Counted from the stretch's first letter, positions 54,853 through 64,000 are shown. The stretch: 64,000 nucleotides of DNA from Sandaracinaceae bacterium (GCA_044220955.1 JBGAQA010000024.1:20197-84196), one strand, 5' to 3'. Numbers and translations are program-made. The notes: generated by a model not told the origin, from the letters alone.

Positions 54853-56522
54853 CGCCGCGCCCAGACGCTGTCGCCGTCGTCGTAGGCGATCAGCCACGAG
54901 GCGGGCGTCGTCCCCATCGCGGTCGCGCTCGGGGCGCCGCCGGCCGCCGCGACCGTGAAGTCGGCGGAGGTCTGAGGCTGCTCGCGGTTCGGGAGCGGCA
55001 CGCCCGTGCTCGAGAGCACGCGCGCGTGCACGCCGCCGCCGGCCCAGGCGACGAGGTAGCGCTGGTCGGCCGCCGCCACCGTGGGCGCGCTCTGATCGCC
55101 GGCTGCGCTCGCGACCGGAAGGACCACGGCGCTGCCCGCCGGGGTCCCGTCCACCCCGAACGCGCGCGCGCGGATCGAGGTGCCCATTCCGTCGCCGCTC
55201 GCCACGCTGTGCTCCGTCCAGGCGACGAGGAAGCTGCCGTCGGCGTTCGCGGCGACGGCGGGCTCGTCCTGCGTGTCGGCCGAGTCGGTCGCGTCGAGCA
55301 CCGCGACGCTCGCCGCGTCCACGGGCGTTCCCGTGGACGTGAAGCGCTGGAACCGGACGTCACCGGCCGTCGAGAACGCGACGACGAACCCGGTCGGCAG
55401 GCCCGCGACCGCCGGGTGGGTCGCGGCCGAGGAGCCCGTCCCCAGCGCGAGCCCGCTCATCGCGGCGGTGGTCGAGCTCGACGCGAAGAACGTGCCGGCG
55501 ATGCCGGTCCCGCTCTGGTCGTCCTGGTAGGCGACGAGCAGCGCGCCGTCGCCGGCGAAGGCCGCGTCCGGGGCGGTCTGCGTTCCCATCGCGGTGCGCG
55601 CGGCGGTGGTCGCCGTCGGCGACCGGTTCACGTCGAAGAACTGCACCTGCACGTGCATCCCGCCGAAGAAGTCCTGCAGCGCGATGGCGAAGTGACCGTC
55701 GGCGGCCATCGCGGGGCGCCCGCTCGCCTGTGGCCCGGGAAACGGCATGCCCAGGCCGTCGATCGTCTCGTCCTGCGCGAGCGAGGTGCCCGTCGAGCCC
55801 ACCATGTTCCCGTTCGGATCGAGCAGGCGGACCCCGATGTCGTTCGCGCTCCCGCGCGAGTCGAACGAGATCGCGATGCGCTGCCCGGTGGCGGACGCGA
55901 TGCGCGCGGCGACCTGGATGCCCGCGGTCACGTTGACGTTCACGGGGATCGGCGTCGTGTGGCAGCTCGCATCGCACATCGCCATGCCGGGCATGTCGCA
56001 CTGCTCGTCGGGGCTCAGCACGCCGTCGTTGCACATGCCGGAGTCGTGCTGCGGCAAGAGCGTGATGTTCACCTGCCGCGTCTCGTTCGCCGCGAGGCCG
56101 GGCACCGTCGCGCAGCCCGTCGCGATGATGCGGTTCGGCCGGCCGCTGACCGGATCGGTGCCCTTGCCGCGCACGAGCACGGTCCAGTCGCCGGTCGGGA
56201 TGGTCGCCATGGCGGTCGCCATGTCGCCGCTGATGTCCGCGTTGATGTCGACGACGGCGTCCGGAACGTTTCCGGGCGCGTCGTCGGGGATGTCCGGCGT
56301 GATCGTGCCGGTCGTCGCGTTGCACGCGTACGAGCTCGCCGGCAGGACGTAGACGCGGAGCGGGTTGCCTGCGCGCGCGACGTCCATCACGAGGCCGAGC
56401 GGATCGTCGAGCGCGATCCCACGTGCGTCGGTCGCGGATGCGACGCAGCCGGCGGAGGCGAGCGCGGGCACGGCGCTGAGCACGGCCGGCAGGAGCGAGC
56501 GGACGGAGCGGAGCAGCCTCAT
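54840..56522 (-). CDS. Hypothetical lipoprotein with myxobacterial Cys-rich motif and repeat beta domain
   Basis: Lipobox SAGC; CNDGVLSPDEQCD..CDASC; repeated Q..P.VA..G.F.VAW blades. Confidence 0.7.
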   Translation of the reverse strand: MRLLRSVRSLLPAVLSAVPALASAGCVASATDARGIALDDPLGLVMDVARAGNPLRVYVLPASSYACNATTGTITPDIPDDAPGNVPDAVVDINADISGDMATAMATIPTGDWTVLVRGKGTDPVSGRPNRIIATGCATVPGLAANETRQVNITLLPQHDSGMCNDGVLSPDEQCDMPGMAMCDASCHTTPIPVNVNVTAGIQVAARIASATGQRIAISFDSRGSANDIGVRLLDPNGNMVGSTGTSLAQDETIDGLGMPFPGPQASGRPAMAADGHFAIALQDFFGGMHVQVQFFDVNRSPTATTAARTAMGTQTAPDAAFAGDGALLVAYQDDQSGTGIAGTFFASSSTTAAMSGLALGTGSSAATHPAVAGLPTGFVVAFSTAGDVRFQRFTSTGTPVDAASVAVLDATDSADTQDEPAVAANADGSFLVAWTEHSVASGDGMGTSIRARAFGVDGTPAGSAVVLPVASAAGDQSAPTVAAADQRYLVAWAGGGVHARVLSSTGVPLPNREQPQTSADFTVAAAGGAPSATAMGTTPASWLIAYDDGDSVWARRYPR

Positions 56523-58279
56523 GCGGCCGAGCCTACCAAATCGCGGACGAGTTCATCAGCCGCATGCTGCGCGGCTGCCACCGCGGCCGCTCGCGGGGAG
56601 GGCGCGAGGTGGTGGTGGCCGATGACGAGGGGCGCGGGCGCGATCGCGTCGTGCGCCCCGAGGAACGCCGTGATGATCCGCTCGCCCGCGGCGACCCCCC
56701 GCGCGAGCTCGTCCGCCGTCCGGGGGAGCGGCACGCGGATCGGCCCGGCGCGGAGGCTCTCGTCGAAGCGAGCGCGGTAGCTCGGCGCGCCGAGCCAGGC
56801 GGCGAGGTAGGCCAGCACGTCGCGCGCGCGCACGGGCCCCGGGAGTCTCGTGCGGACCTCGGGCCCCACGTTCTGCTCGCCCTCGGGCGTGCAGAGAGGG
56901 AACAGGCGAGCGCGGCACGAAGATCGGGAGGAGAGCCAGCAGTTGTCGGCGATCGTCGAGACGACTCCGAGGTGTGCGAACGGCCGATCGCCGCGGTCCT
57001 TCGAGGCGGTGATCAGGGCGAGCGGCGCGTGTTCGAGGGCGGCGCCGAGCTCGGGGCGCGCGCGATGACAGAGCGCGGGGTGCGCGAAGAGCCAACGAGG
57101 GTCGAGCGGCCGGTAGGCGATGGGCACGACGAAGCGCTCGAGCGGCTCGGCCTCGGCGCGCAGGCGCGCCGCGGCCTCGACGGGGTCGAAGTGGCCGCGG
57201 GCCAGCGACGCGTCCGGGTGCTCGACGAACGCACCGACGCGCGCGAGCAGGGCCGCGCGGTCCACGTCCACGCACCACGCGTCCCGGTTGGTCTGCACGC
57301 CCTCGCGGTTCCACGGCATCCAGGCGTCGATCGTGGGCCACGACGTCGGGAGCGGACGGCTCGGGGCGGGCACGAACCGGAACAGCGGCGCAGCCGGGGC
57401 GATCGATCGGAAGCGCCCGTCGCCCTCGGCGAGCGCGGCGAGCGCCTCGAGCTTGTCGACGCGCGAGCCCCGAAGCCGCATCGAGCGCAGGACGGCCGTG
57501 CGCGCGTGCGCGCCGGCGGACCGGTGTCCGACGAAGACGACGACGCCCGGGCGGACGCCGAACACGTTCTCGTCGCGCTCGCCGCCGCGCGCCACGAGCC
57601 CCGAGCCGCCGAGATCGAGCAGCTCGATGCGGTCGAACGCGCTCGCCAGGTAGCTCCGCATGGCCCGATGGACGCGGCCGTCGAGGAACGAGCCGTTCAC
57701 CACCATCGCGACGACGCCGCCCTCGGGTGCCCGCTCCACGACCGCGGTCGCCCACCGGATGAACCGCACGTAGGCGTCGCTCAGCACGCCGATCTTCCGC
57801 TCCTTTAGCGGGGCTCCGCCGGCATCGCGCCGGAAGTCGTCGAGGAGCACGTCGGTCACGCCGCGGCTCGCCGTGCGCGCGGTCCAGGGCGGGTTCCCGA
57901 CGACGATCGCTGCGCCCGGCACGGTGGGCACGGCGTCGAGCGCGTCCTGGGCCTGCAGCTCGAGCGGCCACCCGGCGCGCGAGTAGAGAGGCGCGAGCTC
58001 CCGGCGGGCCAGGCTGATCGCGTCCGGATCCACGTCGATCCCCAGCGTGCGCTCGGGACGGAACGGCAGCTCGGTCAGGGCCGCCTCGAGGAAGACTCCG
58101 GGTCCGCAGGCCGGGTCGACGAGGGTCACGCTCCCTGGCACCTGCCCGCACCGACCCACGATCCACCGCGCCAGAGCGCTCGGTGTGTGGACGATTCCCC
58201 GGCGCACGCGGTGTCCGGCTTCGAGCCGCTCGTCGCGCTCGTGCCCCGCGCGATCCACCGCGCTCAGGTCCCTGGCCAT
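56519..58279 (-). CDS. Amino DNA methyltransferase with type ISP-like C-terminal specificity region
   Basis: HTP..LARWIV, DPACGPGVFL (motif I), VVGNPPW (motif IV), DAYVRFIRWA, RDENVFGV, GVQTNRD, YRPLD. Confidence 0.75.
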   Translation of the reverse strand: MARDLSAVDRAGHERDERLEAGHRVRRGIVHTPSALARWIVGRCGQVPGSVTLVDPACGPGVFLEAALTELPFRPERTLGIDVDPDAISLARRELAPLYSRAGWPLELQAQDALDAVPTVPGAAIVVGNPPWTARTASRGVTDVLLDDFRRDAGGAPLKERKIGVLSDAYVRFIRWATAVVERAPEGGVVAMVVNGSFLDGRVHRAMRSYLASAFDRIELLDLGGSGLVARGGERDENVFGVRPGVVVFVGHRSAGAHARTAVLRSMRLRGSRVDKLEALAALAEGDGRFRSIAPAAPLFRFVPAPSRPLPTSWPTIDAWMPWNREGVQTNRDAWCVDVDRAALLARVGAFVEHPDASLARGHFDPVEAAARLRAEAEPLERFVVPIAYRPLDPRWLFAHPALCHRARPELGAALEHAPLALITASKDRGDRPFAHLGVVSTIADNCWLSSRSSCRARLFPLCTPEGEQNVGPEVRTRLPGPVRARDVLAYLAAWLGAPSYRARFDESLRAGPIRVPLPRTADELARGVAAGERIITAFLGAHDAIAPAPLVIGHHHLAPSPRAAAVAAAQHAADELVRDLVGSAA

Positions 58280-58459
58280 GGGGGGGGACGCTACGCCGGC
58301 GCTCGGAACGGGAGGGAACGTTTCGTCGACCACGCCGTACGAACCGTTCGAGCCCGCGCGAGGACGAAAAAAACTCGGACGGGCGCGCCAAGAATGAATA
58401 GGATACGAGGCTCGCCGTCGGAGGCATCTGCCGGGTACGGCCACCAGGAGGAGAGGCAC

Positions 58460-58777
58460 ATGAGCGAGAAGAAGACGCTGACGACGGGGGAGATCAGCAG
58501 CCAGAGAGTGTTCGGTCGACGCGACGCCGTGGGGTTGATCGGCGCCGTCGGCGCCACCATCGCCACGGTCGGGGTTGGCAGCAGCGCGCAGGCGCAGGGT
58601 GCCCAGCCCGCGTGCAGCGACAGCGATCCGTACGATCCGGCCGGCTACGGCCGTCACTGCGGCGGCGGCTGCAGCGACAGCGATCCGTACGATCCCGGTG
58701 GCGGAGGCCGTCACTGCGGCCGCACCTGCAGCGACAGCGATCCGTACGATCCGGCCGGCCACGGCCGTCACTGCTGA
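58460..58777 (+). CDS. Twin-arginine leader peptide with 3 Cys-flanked repeats (copy 1), 105 aa
   Basis: SD aggagg; MSEKKTL..EI..R..GRR, hydrophobic stretch, AQA-Q; 3x CSDSDPYDPxGxGRHC then stop. Confidence 0.85.
   Translation: MSEKKTLTTGEISSQRVFGRRDAVGLIGAVGATIATVGVGSSAQAQGAQPACSDSDPYDPAGYGRHCGGGCSDSDPYDPGGGGRHCGRTCSDSDPYDPAGHGRHC
58613..58774 (+). repeat. Three 48-bp coding repeat units, 57-bp period
   Basis: Units 58613-58660, 58670-58717, 58727-58774. Confidence 0.9.
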
Positions 58778-58804
58778 TCGGCGTCCTGACCCGGCGTTCC
58801 TGCA

Positions 58805-58847
58805 GACGAGGCCCGCGGCCGCAAGGCTGGGGGCCTCGTCGCTTTCG
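58805..58847 (+). terminator. Hairpin between the two repeat-peptide genes
   Basis: GACGAGGCCC-G-CGGCC-GCAA-GGCTG-G-GGGCCTCGTC then gctttcg. Confidence 0.6.
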
Positions 58848-58931
58848 CCGGCATGGAAACTCCTTGAATACGGCGTTACCATCGCCCGTCGGACCGGGCC
58901 GGACCCGAGGTACTCAGGAGGAACGAGGGCA

Positions 58932-59261
58932 ATGAGCGAGAAGAAGACGCTGAAGATGGACGAGATCCTGACCGAGCGAGTCGTCGGTCGGCGCACCGCG
59001 GTCGGGTTCATCGGCGCTCTGGGCGCCGCGATGGGCACGGCGGTCGGGGTCGTCAGTAGCGCGGAGGCACAGGGCAGCGGTGCCCAGCCGGCCTGCAGCG
59101 ACAGCGACCCGTACGATCCGGCCGGCTACGGCCGCCACTGCGGTGGTGGCTGCAGTGACAGCGACCCGTACGACCCGGCCGGCGGAGGCCGTCACTGCGG
59201 CCGCCGCTACTGCTCGGACAGCGACCCGTACGATCCGGCCGGCGCCGGACGCCACTGCTGA
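58932..59261 (+). CDS. Twin-arginine leader peptide with 3 Cys-flanked repeats (copy 2), 109 aa
   Basis: SD aggagg; MSEKKTLKMDEILTERVVGRR.., AEA-Q; 3x CSDSDPYDPAGxGRHC then stop. Confidence 0.85.
   Translation: MSEKKTLKMDEILTERVVGRRTAVGFIGALGAAMGTAVGVVSSAEAQGSGAQPACSDSDPYDPAGYGRHCGGGCSDSDPYDPAGGGRHCGRRYCSDSDPYDPAGAGRHC
59094..59258 (+). repeat. Three 48-bp coding repeat units
   Basis: Units 59094-59141, 59151-59198, 59211-59258 with synonymous differences. Confidence 0.9.
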
Positions 59262-59335
59262 ACGACGCGCGAGGTATCGCCGACGCGACCGACGTCGGGT
59301 GAGCGCGAGCTCGCCCGGCGACGGTCGTGCTCGCG

Positions 59336-60280
59336 TCAGAGACAGTACGCCGGCGCGCCCACGCAGGAGTTCGTTCGCAGGGGGCAGTCCTCTGCGGCGA
59401 CGCAGCCGTAGGTGCAGACCGAGCCCTGGCACGAGCCGTCGTTCACGCCCTCGATGCCGCAGTCGAACGCCGTGCCCGAGCACGGGCGATGGGTGTTCGC
59501 GTCCCTGATCGCCTGACAGCTCGTCCGGCCCACACAGACTTCGTCACCGGGCGGGATCGGGAACCCATCGATGCTCGCGGCTGGAGCGGACGGGTGCCCG
59601 TAGCCGAGCGGTGGCGCCACCGAGCCGCAGCCCATGCCGTGGTAGAGGCAGAAGTTGCCGGGACCAGGGTCGGTGAACCCGCCGTTCTGGTAGACGTAGT
59701 GCAAGCAGAGGTGCTGGGGCAGCGCGCTGCAGTTTCCGTCCGTGTCGCACGGAGCGCACCCGACGTCGGCGATCGCGTAGCGTGGGTACTCCGAGCAGCG
59801 ATGGTCGGGGCGACAGACGCCGCTCGGTCCGCACTCGGCGTCGGTGTGGCACCCGAAGCGGCACTGGAAGTCCAGGCAGATCGGCCGCCCGCGCACCCCG
59901 GCGTCGTCGCCGATGCCACCGTCCACGACCGCGGCGTCGATGACCGCGGCGCAGTGGCTGTCCTCCGTGCAGGCGACGCACACGTGCGCGGAGCCGGCGT
60001 CGTTCGTGCCCGTCTCGACGAGGTCGGGGGAGTAGCAGTGGCCGGCGCCGCAGAAGTCGCACGGGTCCGGCGCGTCGCGGCCTGCGTCGGTCGTCGCATC
60101 GACCCCCATGTCGTCGCCACCGTCCATGCCCGCGTCGGCCGATGCGTCGGGGCCCGTACCTGGTCTCGGGAGGCACACGCCGCTCTGGTACGACTCGCCA
60201 GGGCCGCAGTGGTGCGTCTCGCGGCAGCCGGCGATCGCGGCGAGCAGCGCGAGCGTGACGGCGATCTGCGCGGGTCGCAT
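59336..60280 (-). CDS. Cys-rich lipoprotein
   Basis: Lipobox IAGC, DAG-rich linker, 31 Cys by my count (CxxDxxC repeats). Confidence 0.75.
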   Translation of the reverse strand: MRPAQIAVTLALLAAIAGCRETHHCGPGESYQSGVCLPRPGTGPDASADAGMDGGDDMGVDATTDAGRDAPDPCDFCGAGHCYSPDLVETGTNDAGSAHVCVACTEDSHCAAVIDAAVVDGGIGDDAGVRGRPICLDFQCRFGCHTDAECGPSGVCRPDHRCSEYPRYAIADVGCAPCDTDGNCSALPQHLCLHYVYQNGGFTDPGPGNFCLYHGMGCGSVAPPLGYGHPSAPAASIDGFPIPPGDEVCVGRTSCQAIRDANTHRPCSGTAFDCGIEGVNDGSCQGSVCTYGCVAAEDCPLRTNSCVGAPAYCL

Positions 60281-61287
60281 CACCACGTGCCCTCGACGCT
60301 CACCCCGGTCGGGCCACCGCTCACCCGCACGTGATCGTTGATCGGGTGGATGATCATGAACACCACCCCGCCGATGACGAGCGCGCCGCCGATGATCGCC
60401 AGGGCCGCGCTGCCGGAGTCGAACACGACCGTCTCGGTGCCGCCGACGCCGTTGTCGATCACCTCGCCGGCGGTCGCCGCGGTCCAGATCGGAGAGACGG
60501 AGAGGCCGATGGCCAGCGCGAGCGCGCCGCCCCCGATCACCCAGTTGGCCCAGTGCGGGCGATCCTCGAACACCTCGGGCGGCGCAGGGGGAGGCGGTGT
60601 CGCCTCGGGCCGCACCAGCTCGATCGAGACCGCACGCTCCTCGTGGCGGTCGATGGTGATCTCGCGGCTGGCCGTGACGTAGCCGTCCAGCGTCGCGCTC
60701 AGCGTGTGCACGCCCGCCGCCACGAGGTGCCGGAGCGGCGCGCGGCCCGCGCTCGCCCCGTCGATCTCGATGAACGCGCCCGTCGGGGTCGTCTCGATCA
60801 CGAGCTGGCCCTGCGAGTCGGCCTGCCAGCGATCCCAGGCGGTCGAGAACGCGGCGCGCACCGCTGCCGCGAGGTCGCCGCCCCGCTCGATCACGGCCTG
60901 GCCGCCCGCACTCGCGCCGCTCTCGAGCCCGATCAAGACGACGTTGATCATCGTCGGACGGCCGCGCAGCCACGTGAGCTCCGTGAGCACCGCGAAGGTG
61001 GTGCCGAGGAAGCGGTTGACCTCTGGCGCGCAGTCGATCGCGCTGCACGTCTCGATCGGCTGGTCGGCCATGCGCAGCTGCGCGTCGCGCGAGGCCATCA
61101 CGACGAGGCCGTGCGAGCGGAGCTCCTCCGTGATGGTGGTCGCGACCCGGGTGTGGGCGTCGGCCGGCGCGCTCGACTCCTCGGGCGGCGGCAAGAGCAC
61201 GCACGTCTGCCCCTGGGCGGCGGCCCGAGCCGGCGCGAGCGCCAGAGCGAGAGCCAGAGCGGGAGCCAGTGCGGCGAGCGGGCGCAT
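60280..61287 (-). CDS. PEGA domain exported or membrane protein
   Basis: Signal peptide, LVIETTPTGAFIEIDG..GRAPL..GVHTL..DGY, two C-terminal hydrophobic segments, terminal W. Confidence 0.8.
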   Translation of the reverse strand: MRPLAALAPALALALALAPARAAAQGQTCVLLPPPEESSAPADAHTRVATTITEELRSHGLVVMASRDAQLRMADQPIETCSAIDCAPEVNRFLGTTFAVLTELTWLRGRPTMINVVLIGLESGASAGGQAVIERGGDLAAAVRAAFSTAWDRWQADSQGQLVIETTPTGAFIEIDGASAGRAPLRHLVAAGVHTLSATLDGYVTASREITIDRHEERAVSIELVRPEATPPPPAPPEVFEDRPHWANWVIGGGALALAIGLSVSPIWTAATAGEVIDNGVGGTETVVFDSGSAALAIIGGALVIGGVVFMIIHPINDHVRVSGGPTGVSVEGTW

Positions 61288-61384
61288 GAGCCGCTCGGAC
61301 TCTAGCCACAACCCGGGCGGAATGCCCAATCCGCGGAGGTGCGCGATCGACCTCCGGCGCCGACCGTGCTAACGGCGCGCCCGC

Positions 61385-62011
61385 ATGGACTGGAGCGTTC
61401 ACGGTCTCCTGGGTCTGCTCCGCGACCCCGGGCCGATCATCGAGTGGGGCGGGCTGCCGGTCCTCGCGCTCATCATCTTCCTCGAGACGGGAGCGCTGAT
61501 CCCGTTCCTGCCGGGCGACTCGCTCCTGGTGGTGGCGGGGCTCTACGCGGGACAGGGCTCACTGAGCATCGTGATGCTCAACGTCGTCCTGCCGATCTGC
61601 GCGATCGCAGGCGACGCGACCTCCTACGCGATCGGCAAGTCGATCGGGCCGCGCCTCTTCAGCCGGCCGAGATCGCGCTTCTTCAACCCGGCCCACCTCG
61701 AGGCGGCGCGCGCCTTCTACGACAAGCACGGGGGCAAGGCGATCATCATCGCGCGCTTCATGCCCATCGTCCGGACGTTCGTGCCCGTGGTCGCGGGCGC
61801 GGCGCAGATGCCGTACGCGCGCTTCGCGACGTTCAACGTCGTCGGGGGCTTCTCGTGGGTGCTCTCGATGACCATCGTCGGCTACTTCCTCGGCGGCTTC
61901 GAGATCGTGCGGATGCACCTCGAGAAGCTCATCATCGCCGTCGTCGTGATCTCGGTGCTGCCGGGCGTGATCGCGTGGTGGCGCAACCGGAACAAACCGG
62001 TCGCGGCGTGA
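61385..62011 (+). CDS. dedA: DedA/VTT family membrane protein
   Basis: IFLETG..PFLPGDSLL..AG, GD..Y.IG, ARFMPIVRTF.P.VAG. Confidence 0.93.
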   Translation: MDWSVHGLLGLLRDPGPIIEWGGLPVLALIIFLETGALIPFLPGDSLLVVAGLYAGQGSLSIVMLNVVLPICAIAGDATSYAIGKSIGPRLFSRPRSRFFNPAHLEAARAFYDKHGGKAIIIARFMPIVRTFVPVVAGAAQMPYARFATFNVVGGFSWVLSMTIVGYFLGGFEIVRMHLEKLIIAVVVISVLPGVIAWWRNRNKPVAA

Positions 62012-62059
62012 CGCCGGGCGAGCTTGCGTGCCCCGACGGGCAGGGGTAGAGGGCGCGCG

Positions 62060-64000
62060 ATGTCGGACGAGAAGGGCGCCGCGCCTTCGGCGACGAAGGC
62101 CGCGGACGTGCCAGCGGATCCCGAGCCAGCCAAGCCCGCTCCGGCCAAGGGGCTCGGAAAGCCGGCGGCGGGCGCCGGCCCGACGAGCGCGAGCACGTCG
62201 TACGCCGACCTCAAGGCCGACGCCCTCAAGCCCGAGGGCCCCCCCTCCGGGACGCACGACGCGAGCGCGCTGCGCCCCCACCATCACCACCAGGGCCAGG
62301 GCGGCCACGGCAATCCGTGGAAGCTCGCGCTCGTCGCGCTCGGCGTCGTGTACGGGGACATCGGCACCTCGCCGCTCTATGCGCTGCGCGAGTGCTTCCA
62401 CGAGTCGGACACGATCACCGCGCACTACGAGGACGTCTTCGGCCTGCTCTCGCTCTTCTTCTGGGCGATGACGCTGGTCGTCACGCTCAAGTACGTCACG
62501 TTCATCACGCGGGCGGACAACCACGGCGAGGGCGGCATCCTCGCGCTGCTCGCCCTCGTGCTCCCCAAGCGCGGGACGCCCGGCAAGATCCCCTTCCTCG
62601 TGATCGCAGGCCTCTTCGGGGCGGCGCTGCTCTACGCCGACGGAATGCTGACGCCGGCGATCTCGGTGCTCTCGGCGGTCGAGGGGATCGAGGGCATCGT
62701 GCCCGGGCTCGACCGCCGCGTCGTGATCGGTGTCTCGATCGCGATCCTGCTCACGCTCTTCGTCGTCCAGCGGCGAGGCACGGGCCGTGTCGGGATGGTG
62801 TTCGGGCCGATCATGCTCGCGTGGTTCGTGACCATCGGCGCGATGGGCGCGTACTGGATCGCGACCCGCCCCGACGTGCTCTGGGCCGTCGTGGACGTGC
62901 GCCACGCCCTGCGCTTCTTCGCGACGCACCGGCTCACGGGCTTCTGGGTGCTCGGGAGCGTCGTGCTCTGCATCACGGGCGGCGAGGCGCTCTACGCCGA
63001 CATGGGCCACTTCGGCCGCAAGCCGATCGCGCGCAGCTGGATGCTCTTCGTGTGGCCCTGCCTGACGCTCAACTACCTGGGGCAGGGGGCGCTGCTGCTC
63101 TCGCACCCGGAGCACGTCGAGGACGGCTTCTTTTCGATGGTCCCCGACGGCGCGCCGCGCGTCGGCCTCGTGCTCCTCGCGACCGCGGCGACGGTGATCG
63201 CGTCGCAGGCGTTGATCAGCGGCGCGTTCTCGCTCACCCGGCAGGCGATCCAGCTCGGCTACCTGCCGCGCCTCGAGATCCGCCACACCTCCGGCGAGCA
63301 GGAGGGGCAGATCTACGTCCCGGAGGTGAACTGGGGCCTGATGGTCGCGTGCATCGCGCTGGTGCTCTGGTTCCAGAACTCGAGCGCCATGGCGGCGGCC
63401 TACGGGATCGCCGTCACGGGCACGATGGCCATCACGACCATCCTCTTCTTCATGGTCACGCGCAGACACTGGGGCGACCTCCGCGCCGGCCTCGCCACGG
63501 CCCTCATGCTCGTCGTCGACCTGGCCTTCCTCTCGGCGAACCTGATCAAGATCGAGAGCGGCGGCTGGATCCCGCTCGCCGTCGCGATCGTGATCCTCTT
63601 CATGATGACGACGTGGAAGCTCGGCCGCGATCGCGTGGCGAAGTTCCTGCGCAACCGCAGCGAGCCGCTCGAGGAGTTCCTCGATCAGGTGCACGACAAG
63701 CACCCGGCCCGCGTCAAGGGCACGGCGGTCTTCATGACGAGCACCAGCGGCGGCACGCCACCGGTGCTGCTCCATCACTACAAGCACAACCAGGTGCTGC
63801 ACGCTCAGGTCGTGCTGCTCTCGATCGTCACGGAGGACCGGCCCATCGTCTCGCGCGACCAGCGCGTGCAGGTGGAGAAGCTGCGCGAGGGCTTCTTCCG
63901 CGTCACGGCGCACTACGGCTTCATGCAGACGCCCAAGGTCATCGACGTGCTGCGCGCCTGCACCAAGCACGGCCTCTACACGGCGAAGGCCGACACCAGC
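62060..64000 (+). CDS. kup: KUP/HAK/KT potassium transporter (3' truncated by window)
   Basis: LGVVYGDIGTSPLYA, RADNHGEGGILAL, TGGEALYADMGHFG, GQIYVPEVNW; absent from ORF track because no stop inside window. Confidence 0.95.
   Translation, partial: MSDEKGAAPSATKAADVPADPEPAKPAPAKGLGKPAAGAGPTSASTSYADLKADALKPEGPPSGTHDASALRPHHHHQGQGGHGNPWKLALVALGVVYGDIGTSPLYALRECFHESDTITAHYEDVFGLLSLFFWAMTLVVTLKYVTFITRADNHGEGGILALLALVLPKRGTPGKIPFLVIAGLFGAALLYADGMLTPAISVLSAVEGIEGIVPGLDRRVVIGVSIAILLTLFVVQRRGTGRVGMVFGPIMLAWFVTIGAMGAYWIATRPDVLWAVVDVRHALRFFATHRLTGFWVLGSVVLCITGGEALYADMGHFGRKPIARSWMLFVWPCLTLNYLGQGALLLSHPEHVEDGFFSMVPDGAPRVGLVLLATAATVIASQALISGAFSLTRQAIQLGYLPRLEIRHTSGEQEGQIYVPEVNWGLMVACIALVLWFQNSSAMAAAYGIAVTGTMAITTILFFMVTRRHWGDLRAGLATALMLVVDLAFLSANLIKIESGGWIPLAVAIVILFMMTTWKLGRDRVAKFLRNRSEPLEEFLDQVHDKHPARVKGTAVFMTSTSGGTPPVLLHHYKHNQVLHAQVVLLSIVTEDRPIVSRDQRVQVEKLREGFFRVTAHYGFMQTPKVIDVLRACTKHGLYTAKADTS

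Noticed and set aside
58613..59258. Regularly spaced 48-bp repeats resembling a CRISPR array
   Set aside because: Gaps are only 9-12 bp, units are in-frame coding with synonymous variation, and no cas genes are present

Overview
Very GC-rich chromosomal window from a myxobacterium. A Polyangia/Sandaracinaceae-like origin is inferred from gene content, not from a search. Positions 1-19.7 kb hold a gliding-motility (Glt/Agl) cluster: a gltC-like 3' end, gltD/agmU, gltE/aglT, gltF, gltG, a small TPR gene and a 3373-aa AgmK/GltI-like TPR gene. The rest is mostly housekeeping (tsaE, carB, greA, pgeF, argC, rpsI, rplM, plsB, folC, accD, dedA, kup), signalling genes (PilZ, FHA-sigma54 activator, Ser/Thr kinase), sterol-related genes (CYP51-ferredoxin fusion, two SCP2-like proteins) and exported Cys-rich or lipoproteins. 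No transposase, integrase, prophage, rRNA or CRISPR array was seen. The most notable observations are: (1) two tandem small genes encoding twin-arginine leader peptides followed by three Cys-flanked CSDSDPYDPxGxGRHC cores each; (2) a tRNA-Leu with an AAG anticodon, which is rare in bacteria; (3) strong lysine depletion in exported proteins and domains compared with cytoplasmic partners in the same operon; (4) a sharply bounded rare-codon patch inside gltD; (5) a CYP51-ferredoxin fusion. All family calls come from recognising motifs by eye; no database searches were run.
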